A stretch of 64,000 nt of DNA from a virus: positions 16,574-80,573 of IMG/VR virus record IMGVR_UViG_3300031472_000015; one strand, 5' to 3'. The notes below the pieces were generated by a model. The model made no database searches and was not told the origin of the DNA. It saw nothing but the letters and a program-made list of their open reading frames with translations. Shown here piece after piece: positions 57,163 through 64,000 of the stretch (its first letter is position 1; each line of letters opens with the position of its first letter). Both the position numbers and the translations under genes were made by a program.

Positions 57163-57801
57163 ATGTCTAAGCCATGCGTCAAATGTGGTGGCGTGGACCG
57201 TTATGAAAAAACGGGCGGATGTAAAGTTTGCGCGCGCCGAAGAAGCTCCGTCCAGAATGCGATGCGTCAGGTCGTGAGAGCACCTAAACTTGATCTAGCA
57301 GCAAAGTTGTGCGTCAAGTGCGGAAAGCTTGACAGATACGACAATGGCAAGTGCCGCTCTTGTGCTCTAGTCAGAAAGGTAAGACTAAAGGTACTTCATC
57401 CAGAAAAGATCAAAGAGTATAACGCTAACTTCTATCAACGCTATTCTGAGCGAATCAAGGCACGGCAAAAGGAGTGGGTTGCCAATCACCCTGACTATAA
57501 CTGGAAAAAGCAAAATCCTGAAAAATATATGGCTGGGCGACACAAATATATTGAAAGAAATAGAAACAGAATTAAAGTGAGACGTGCTGCGCAGGGTAAG
57601 CTCTATTATGCCAAGAACAGACTTGCAATTATTGCCAAGACTAAGGCATGGAAAATTGCAAATCCAGAGAAACACGCTGCAATGGATTGGAAACGTTACA
57701 ACCAGAACGGAATTGTTAAAAGGCGGCGGAATCGGTTGCTCGTCAACCTTCTTAGCTTACAAAACCTGCAACGCAAGATCATTATAGAGGTTTTTAAATG
57801 A
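57163..57801 (+). CDS. Basic Zn-finger protein resembling an HNH endonuclease N-terminus without the nuclease domain
   Basis: Two CVKCG..DRY...G.C..C repeats and W...NPEK repeats; AT-rich; no HNH motif before the stop. Confidence 0.55.
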   Translation: MSKPCVKCGGVDRYEKTGGCKVCARRRSSVQNAMRQVVRAPKLDLAAKLCVKCGKLDRYDNGKCRSCALVRKVRLKVLHPEKIKEYNANFYQRYSERIKARQKEWVANHPDYNWKKQNPEKYMAGRHKYIERNRNRIKVRRAAQGKLYYAKNRLAIIAKTKAWKIANPEKHAAMDWKRYNQNGIVKRRRNRLLVNLLSLQNLQRKIIIEVFK

Positions 57802-58613
57802 TGTATCACAATGCGTCTGACATTGATCTAATTGAAGCCTACAAGCGCGCAATCGGCCGTTCAGCCGAAGGACTAAAGGAAGCCGCATGCATCTGGTGCG
57901 CGCTCAAGGAGCGTGGTCGCAATATGGACGACTTGCTTGGGCCGTTCGTGGAATACTTCCCAGCCATTGCCGCCGGGCGACTGCTGCCGGAAGTGATTTT
58001 TACGTGCGGCGGTTCGCTGAAGCTGATGGAGGCCGTCGCAGCTTTGGTCCCCGAGGACCAGGCCAAGGTCACGCAGCCTGGCGCAACGGTGCAAGTGCTG
58101 ATGCCGACAGGTGAGGTTGAGCATCGCAAACCCACCGAGCTTCCGGTTGCCATCGCCCGGCAGGTCTTGGGCGACGGTCGCATCCGCACGCCAGAGGAAC
58201 AGCGTCCGTTCGTGGTGTCTCCTCCTCAGCCGTCTAGCCGATCCAAACCGCAGCCAGAAGTGATTAGCTTCCGTCAGCCCCTCGTCGTCCCGCCCACTCC
58301 AACCAAGACAGCACTTGGCTTGGCTCTTGCTGATGCGGGCTACGAGGCGCCGGAGGCGAAGTTGCTGCAAATTGGTGTTGAGGCATGGATCAAGTGGCCG
58401 CAAGTGATCGCAGCCGGTGCCCGCCGTGATTTTGTGAAGGCAAAGCTGCGAGCAGACCTCTCATGGATTTTGATGGAGCAGTATCAGCCCGCCATACTTT
58501 CGCAAGCCGTAGGTTGGCTGTTGGCCGAGGCGGAGCGAAGTATCAAAGATGCAGCACCAGCACGGCGGGCTCACGGCAAGTCTGAAGATTTACATCCCTC
58601 TGGCTTACCGTGA
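57798..58613 (+). CDS. Hypothetical protein
   Basis: 271-aa ORF, ATGA coupling. Confidence 0.55.
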   Translation: MMYHNASDIDLIEAYKRAIGRSAEGLKEAACIWCALKERGRNMDDLLGPFVEYFPAIAAGRLLPEVIFTCGGSLKLMEAVAALVPEDQAKVTQPGATVQVLMPTGEVEHRKPTELPVAIARQVLGDGRIRTPEEQRPFVVSPPQPSSRSKPQPEVISFRQPLVVPPTPTKTALGLALADAGYEAPEAKLLQIGVEAWIKWPQVIAAGARRDFVKAKLRADLSWILMEQYQPAILSQAVGWLLAEAERSIKDAAPARRAHGKSEDLHPSGLP

Positions 58614-58744
58614 CGAGAGGCCCAAAATGCGCGCAGGAATGAGTCGGCACGCTTAGAACTCAGCAGCGCCATCATCTCTGTCCAGCGTGCTTCAAATTCT
58701 ACCGAACTTCCCTTTCTATACTTCTCAGCTTGGCTAAAGAGATT

Positions 58745-58963
58745 CTATGTCAGATTAGGCCGAGGTGGAACGGTATCCAATCCGACAAGAGTCCCATCAG
58801 GATCGGTCTGTCCGTCAAGGTAGTGGCGGCCATCCGCACAACGGATGAACATATCACCAGCATCGTCCACCTGGATCGTCCGCTTTGTGCGATGCCCAAG
58901 GCAGCCCCAGAAGGGATTGCCCGGCATCACCACGTCTCCTGGTTTCAGATCGTGCAGCTTCAT
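58745..58963 (-). CDS. Small hypothetical protein
   Basis: MKLHDLKPGDVV...CADGRHYLDGQ; GGAGG RBS. Confidence 0.55.
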   Translation of the reverse strand: MKLHDLKPGDVVMPGNPFWGCLGHRTKRTIQVDDAGDMFIRCADGRHYLDGQTDPDGTLVGLDTVPPRPNLT

Positions 58964-59000
58964 CGCGTCATCCTCCGGTCGCGGGGGGGGGGTCGTGATC

Positions 59001-59150
59001 CTATGCGGCTTCCTCGGCCGCAGCCTGGTAGCCGTCGTTCCACGACATGAAGTCGGGGTGTTCGTCGGGGTAGGGATTGGACGTCTCGGACTGGCCCGCA
59101 TCGTGCGCTTCGCGGCCTTCGGCATGGGGGTCGTTGTCCTTGTCGCTCAT
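59001..59150 (-). CDS. Rmf/CrpP-like small protein
   Basis: EGREAHDAG....NPY.......W.DGY pattern; GGAG RBS. Confidence 0.55.
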   Translation of the reverse strand: MSDKDNDPHAEGREAHDAGQSETSNPYPDEHPDFMSWNDGYQAAAEEAA

Positions 59151-59170
59151 CTTCGTTCTCCGGCTGGGGT

Positions 59171-59902
59171 CTATGATACCGATCGTGAGAACCGATAATC
59201 TCTGGGCTTCACAGCGGCGTCGGTTGCGTTCACTATCGCAGGCGCAACAGGCACGACCTGGCCTGATGCCAGCGTCCGAAAATGACCACGACGCCAATGG
59301 GTGGACATTGCAGCCCGTTTTTCACCTTCTGCGGATGCCTGAGCTTCCGAGTAAGGAAGCCCGATCTTAACAGTGTGATACTCTGGTAATGCCGTCCTGC
59401 CGTGCTTAGTCCTTTGCCGATTGAGCCGATGCGGAGCCTCGATATAGCTAACCTGTGTTGATTTTGACATCAACGCCGAGATGGAGGACGCGACCAGTAT
59501 GGTTGCTTTGATCGCAAGCTCTTCGGCCCCTGAAGCATCCCGATCCTCAACCCACCCAAACCCGTCGCTGCCAAGAGTGCCTGTTGCGGGAATTCGGCCC
59601 CACTTCTCGCCAACAAGAACGTATGAACGAACGTAAAGCCGTCCATCTACACACCAAGCAATGCAGGCGATGTGATCGAAAAACGCAGCAGGGCGCTTTC
59701 CTGCGAACTCAAAATAGGTAAATGGGAATGGCGTCCTGACCATCCCCTCGGCAGCTAACTTTACCCCAAAGTCTATAAAAGCCGAATTACCGAACTGAAC
59801 TGCGGCACCCATCTCGAACTTACCGCTTGCCGCCAATGCCTGAGCGGCTTGGGGCCAAATCTCAATTTCTTTCATCTGGTCGGCTAACGTATGCGCCTTC
59901 AT
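59171..59902 (-). CDS. Conserved phage protein with HWRRGHFR motif
   Basis: 243 aa, C-terminal THWRRGHFRTL. Confidence 0.65.
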   Translation of the reverse strand: MKAHTLADQMKEIEIWPQAAQALAASGKFEMGAAVQFGNSAFIDFGVKLAAEGMVRTPFPFTYFEFAGKRPAAFFDHIACIAWCVDGRLYVRSYVLVGEKWGRIPATGTLGSDGFGWVEDRDASGAEELAIKATILVASSISALMSKSTQVSYIEAPHRLNRQRTKHGRTALPEYHTVKIGLPYSEAQASAEGEKRAAMSTHWRRGHFRTLASGQVVPVAPAIVNATDAAVKPRDYRFSRSVS

Positions 59903-59926
59903 TGTGCTGGTTCCATTGGCCGGGGT

Positions 59927-60577
59927 CTATGATACTGCTGGCGCGGGTCCGGCTTTGATCTGGTTCAACACCCACACGCGCATCCGCGACCAGCGGGCTT
60001 CCGGAGATTCCCGGTATACCCCTGCTTCGTCGTTCATCCATTCAATCTCTTGGACCAGCGGCGCAGCGACATTGAACGTTTTGGCGATGGCGTCGTAATC
60101 ATCCACGTCCAGCTTCTCCATCTTCACGCCGCGCGCTGGGCCCAGACTGCCGATTGCGCAGACTTCGCCGGCCGCGATTAGGTCGTGCGCGATCAGTCGC
60201 TTGTGCGGCATAGCATCCAACGCACCCAGCAGATCACGCAACATCGCCTGACCGCGCTTGCCGTGTGTGGCACTGGCCACCCGGCCGCGGTGCATGATCT
60301 GTTGCCATTCGCTGTAGTCGCCATCGACGGAATATCCAGATCGGCTCATGTCGATTTCTCCGGTCGAAGGTCTATGTGCTGGTCAGGCTGTGAGACGGAC
60401 ACAGCCACCATCGGCGTAAACACGCATCGCACCGCGCGTCCCGATCCGAACTTCGCACGAAATACCGTGGCGTGCGGCGCTCTGGCGGGCAACGTCGATT
60501 GCACCTTCCATACTGTAGGTCTGTCCCACCAGCGTCCAAGGCTTGTCGGAATGGGACTGGATGATTGTGTAGAACAT
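59927..60577 (-). CDS. Two hypothetical genes (59927-60349, 60383-60577)
   Basis: GGAG RBSs; downstream of the leftward promoter at 60623-60651. Confidence 0.6.
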
Positions 60578-60622
60578 CGTTTGTCTCCGAGTTGGTGTCT
60601 GTGTCGTCTAGCTGACAAGCAC

Positions 60623-60674
60623 ACTCTATAGGATCAGGTCACCCCTTGCAAGCACTAATGATCCGGCATATCAT
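60623..60674. promoter_or_regulatory. Back-to-back promoters sharing one palindromic -35 (TTGCAA, 60646-60651)
   Basis: Plus strand TTGCAA-N17-TATCAT; minus strand TTGCAA-N17-TAGAGT. Confidence 0.55.
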
Positions 60675-60680
60675 CAGACC

Positions 60681-61388
60681 ATGCCATCAGATCACAAGAA
60701 GCGACGACGCCGCATTCCCAAGCCCCTTCTGAGCTTCACGTCCAACATTCCGTGGCGTGGGCGGAAGGACGACGAGCCGATGCTGGTCGGCTATGTGCGG
60801 GTTTCCACTGACACTCAGACTAACCAGCGGCAGGTTGATGAGCTAGTGCAGGCCGGCGTCTCGCCCATCGACATCTTCGGAGATGAAGCCAGTGGCGCAA
60901 CGATGGAGCGCCCTGGCTGGGCAGCATGCGGGCGCGAGCTGCGGGAGGGCGACACGCTCGTCATCTATTCACTAGACCGGCTTTCCCGCGATCTCGTCCA
61001 CACCATGACAACGCTGCGGGCACTTAACGATCGGAACGTGACCGTGAGGGTCCTCACGATGGACTTTGACAGCCGCACTCCAATGGGACGTTTCGTGTTC
61101 AGCATGATGGCCGGGTTCGCGCAGTTTGAGCGGGACATCATCCTGGAGCGGACCCGACACGGGTTGGCGAAGGCTCGGGAGCGCGGCCGGTTTGGTGGCG
61201 CAGTCCAGAAGTACACTGATGAGGCCATCGAACGCGCCTACAAGCGGGCTGGCACGATACCAAGCGCAGCCAAGCTACTGAAGTGCAGCGAGCCAACGAT
61301 CAAGCGAGGGTTGGCTAGGATCAGGGCGAAAGAGGATGCCGAGAAGCCGAAGCGCGAGGAGGCGCAGGGCGATGCCGATCAGGGCTGA
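60681..61388 (+). CDS. Serine recombinase (resolvase/invertase) with C-terminal HTH
   Basis: GYVRVST..Q...Q; SGATMERPG; DRLSRD; AQFERDIILERT..GL..AR.RG..GG. Confidence 0.93.
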   Translation: MPSDHKKRRRRIPKPLLSFTSNIPWRGRKDDEPMLVGYVRVSTDTQTNQRQVDELVQAGVSPIDIFGDEASGATMERPGWAACGRELREGDTLVIYSLDRLSRDLVHTMTTLRALNDRNVTVRVLTMDFDSRTPMGRFVFSMMAGFAQFERDIILERTRHGLAKARERGRFGGAVQKYTDEAIERAYKRAGTIPSAAKLLKCSEPTIKRGLARIRAKEDAEKPKREEAQGDADQG

Positions 61389-61677
61389 GAACAGGGCGCG
61401 TTATCCTGCCGACTGGAAGGCGATCAGCCTTTCCATCCGGGATCGTGCCGGCCAGAAGTGCGAGCAATGCGGGGCCAAAAACGGCGAACCGCATCCGCTC
61501 ACCGGCTCCCGTGTCGTGTTGACCGTCGCTCACCTTGATCATCAACCCGAAAACTGTGACCCAGCCAACCTGCGGGCCTGGTGCCAGAAATGTCACAACG
61601 CCTATGACGCGCCCGCTCGCCGGGCCGGCATGAAGACTAGGCACCGCGCCACTCTTGCCATAGGAGACTTGCTGTGA
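61372..61677 (+). CDS. HNH endonuclease-like protein
   Basis: RYP.DW; CEQCG; VLTVAHLDH.PEN....NLRAWCQKCHNAYD. Confidence 0.85.
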   Translation: MPIRAENRARYPADWKAISLSIRDRAGQKCEQCGAKNGEPHPLTGSRVVLTVAHLDHQPENCDPANLRAWCQKCHNAYDAPARRAGMKTRHRATLAIGDLL

Positions 61678-62140
61678 GCGACGTTCGCACTACACCAACG
61701 ACCGCTGAGCGGGTCAAGACTTACCGCGAGGAGCACCAATGCAGCATGCAAAAGGCTGCGTCCGAGATCGCCCGAGAGGGCGCGCTTGAGCAAGTTGCCA
61801 AGGCGGAGATGTTGGCTGATCTAAAGCCCATTCTCGATGACCTAATCAGGAGGATCATTCGATGATCGTCAAACATGATGCCCTTACGGGAACGACAGTC
61901 GCGCCTCCTAAAAAGGTTCTTACCGCACTCGAAAAGGTGTTTGTCGCTGAGATCAATGGGCAACTTCCGTTTCAATCCAAGGCAAACATTTTTCGTGACC
62001 TTTTAGCCGCCGGGCTAGTGGCGAGCATGCAACGCAAGATCGGAACCGGATGGAGTGCAATCACCGTGGCCGGCTATGAACTGACACATGCTGGGCGCCT
62101 TCTCTACTGCTCAAGCGGCGACGAGGGAGACAAGCCATGA
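61674..62140 (+). CDS. Two small genes (61674-61865, 61862-62140)
   Basis: Coupled ORFs. Confidence 0.5.
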
Positions 62141-62245
62141 GCGACACTGAGCATCCAGAGACGACCGAAGCACCCCGAAAGCGCAAGGCCCGCCAGAGAA
62201 GTCTGGCGGGCCTTGCTCAGTCCATCCCAAAGATCGGCCAGTAGC

Positions 62246-62632
62246 CTAGGCAGCGGTGCGGAAACTCTCAATCTCTTCGCCCGCCGCCTCGGCAGCCGTC
62301 AGCCAGAGAGGCTTGCGCCCCCGACCCGTCCAGGTCTGTCCGGTCGGCGACTGGAACTTGACCGCTCCGGGCTCCTTCGCGCTGGTGGCGCCAGCGGACC
62401 TCTTCGACGCGGCCGTCCCCTTGGTAGCCTGGGCAGGCGACCCGAAGAGTTGCGCTGCTGACAGCCCCACCGCAGCGGCCTTCTCCTCAAACTCAGCGAG
62501 CAACGCAGTCCGAGCAGTCTCAGTATTGGCCTTCATGCGGTTCTGAGCATAAGCGACCAGCCCTTGCAGATGGGCGTTGTCCAGGCGATCAAGCATGGCA
62601 ATCATAACCTCATTCGGTGGTGTCGCGGACAT
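62246..62632 (-). CDS. hns: H-NS family nucleoid-associated protein
   Basis: KFQSP.GQTWTGRGRKPLWL DNA-binding motif, N-terminal coiled coil. Confidence 0.9.
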   Translation of the reverse strand: MSATPPNEVMIAMLDRLDNAHLQGLVAYAQNRMKANTETARTALLAEFEEKAAAVGLSAAQLFGSPAQATKGTAASKRSAGATSAKEPGAVKFQSPTGQTWTGRGRKPLWLTAAEAAGEEIESFRTAA

Positions 62633-62716
62633 CGTATTTTCCTCTGTTAATGGGAAGTGAGTATTTGCAGCGTTCTGGCTATCAAATCAAGAGGGCAAAA
62701 GAGAAATTCAGGCGTC

Positions 62717-63319
62717 CTACCGGGCTCGTACAGATGAAGGGATTGGGGGATCAAGCCAAAGCGGCACGCTGCAAGCCCGGCGCTCCTCAATGACCTTCAC
62801 CGCCGATCCTGTGCAAGCCGCCAGCATTAGTCCGGCATCGTTGGACCGCATCAGGTTCGCCCACGCTGCGGCTGCACTAGGCCCGCCGCGAAACGCCAGC
62901 GCGAGCTGCTGTTCGGTCTGGTGAACGGAGGCGTTGGCTAACGTTACACCCCACAGGAAGCCGCCTCCTGCCGCAACCAGGATGCCGATTGCGAAGGCCC
63001 CGCCATAGGTCAGCAGCGTGCGCCGGTTGTACGCCCGCGCCAACTCCGCCGCGCGCACATCGGCGCCGCGCACGGCTGCCTTTTCCAATCGCTCGACGGC
63101 GTGCTCGACCGTGACCGAATCCAGCGGCTGCCGGATGGCCTGGATGCCGGATGCAAAAGCCCCCAACCCCGCCGAGGACGCCGCCAACAGGTAGCGGATG
63201 GGGTCGCCGGTCATCCCGGCCTTCGCCACTGCCCCGTCAAGGTCCGCCTGCGCCGCCAGGATGCCCGCAAGCACCTGGTCGTCGCCGGCCGGAGTGGGCT
63301 GGGGGGTTACGGCAACCAT
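62717..63319 (-). CDS. Plasmid mobilisation-region membrane protein
   Basis: Single TM segment, C-terminal C.....C motif, coupled to the P-loop gene upstream. Confidence 0.45.
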   Translation of the reverse strand: MVAVTPQPTPAGDDQVLAGILAAQADLDGAVAKAGMTGDPIRYLLAASSAGLGAFASGIQAIRQPLDSVTVEHAVERLEKAAVRGADVRAAELARAYNRRTLLTYGGAFAIGILVAAGGGFLWGVTLANASVHQTEQQLALAFRGGPSAAAAWANLMRSNDAGLMLAACTGSAVKVIEERRACSVPLWLDPPIPSSVRAR

Positions 63320-64000
63320 GCGGTGATCGGGGCGAGCATTGCGTCCATGGCATTCATCCAGGCCCGGACCCGGCTGCGGTCAAACACCCCGAGCGGAGCG
63401 ATGGTCCGAGATGTGGCCACTACCCCATCACGAGCCGATGCGAAATCCAGCCGCTTCGCCTCGATCTCACCTGCCACGGACGGCTCCAGCCGCGGCATCC
63501 ACAGCACTACCGCCCCGCGCGCCACCGCTGCCTTGAACGCGCTGTGACGCATGACGCGGGCGAAGGCGTCTTCCCGCGCCACAGTCGGGTCAGTCAGCCC
63601 TTCATTCAGCACCAGCGCGGTTGCTCGCGGCTGAAACCCCTGCGCCTCGAACGTCGCCAGCGAGGCCAGATCATCTACGCGCGGGCCGAGCGTGTAGATG
63701 GCGACGGGTGCCACGCCCGTGCCTTCCATCGTCGCCGCTAGATCGGGCACGTCGGATAGGACGCGCCCCAGGCTGGTGTCGCCGCCGCCCAGGTCCAGCA
63801 GCGCCGACGTGCCATTCTCCATCATGGCCCGCAGCAGGCTTTCCAGCCACCGCGCGACGGCAGCCGCATCGTTGGTCGGCGGCTGCGCTACCCCGTCAAG
63901 GAAGTTGGCCAGGGACCGATTCTGCGGGTCCAAGGCAGCAGCCAGCGCACTGCCGCTACCGGCTGCCACAAGCTCCATCACGTAGCGGATAAGCGTCGTC
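63307..64000 (-). CDS. ParA/MinD-like P-loop protein of the mobilisation (TraL/MobD-like) type, 5'-truncated by the window edge
   Basis: LDPQNRSL, ALLDLGGGD, LVLNEG, WMPRL motifs; Walker A lies outside the window. Confidence 0.55.
   Translation of the reverse strand, partial: TTLIRYVMELVAAGSGSALAAALDPQNRSLANFLDGVAQPPTNDAAAVARWLESLLRAMMENGTSALLDLGGGDTSLGRVLSDVPDLAATMEGTGVAPVAIYTLGPRVDDLASLATFEAQGFQPRATALVLNEGLTDPTVAREDAFARVMRHSAFKAAVARGAVVLWMPRLEPSVAGEIEAKRLDFASARDGVVATSRTIAPLGVFDRSRVRAWMNAMDAMLAPITAWLP

Noticed and set aside
16686-57770. 12-bp match caaaacctgcaa (LQNLQ) between 16686 and about 57759
   Set aside because: Many 12-mer matches are expected by chance in 64 kb
60681-61388. Serine recombinase as the prophage integrase or a tail-fibre invertase
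   Set aside because: Small resolvase architecture without recombinase/Zn-ribbon domains; no inverted sites flanking tail genes were found
1-64000. CRISPR array, retron/DGR reverse transcriptase, rRNA
   Set aside because: No regularly spaced repeat-spacer array, no RT (YxDD) ORF and no rRNA-like sequence recognised

Overview
GC-rich alphaproteobacterial temperate-phage region; an Acetobacteraceae-like host is inferred from GcrA, PEP-CTERM, H-NS and the plasmid-type genes. Order along the window: (1) end of the baseplate module; (2) a ~20 kb block of unusually large tail-associated proteins with Pro/Thr linkers, Ala-rich stalk repeats, GH16/LamG, Ig-like and parallel beta-helix domains, interrupted by two antisense homing endonucleases; (3) surface-modification morons (acyltransferase-3, PEP-CTERM); (4) a lysis region interleaved with antisense small-gene blocks and an IS1595 element carrying tnpB; (5) a plasmid-like module (HTH Rep-like gene, iteron-like repeats, RHH protein with a heptamer array) where an integrase would normally sit; (6) leftward early genes, cI/cro switch, GcrA, VRR-NUC, primase-helicase and a putative origin; (7) a nin-like region, serine resolvase, H-NS and mobilisation-like genes. 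Strongest sequence-level observations: a canonical -1 frameshift signal (G GGT TTC plus a 14-bp hairpin) that would add a second GH16 module to a 1003-aa protein; an IS1595 transposase and tnpB enclosed by one pair of imperfect inverted repeats; an HNH gene flanked by two diverged copies of the same 23-codon gene end; and no recognisable integrase, with a replicon-like module in its place. All product calls come from motif recognition by eye; no database searches were run.
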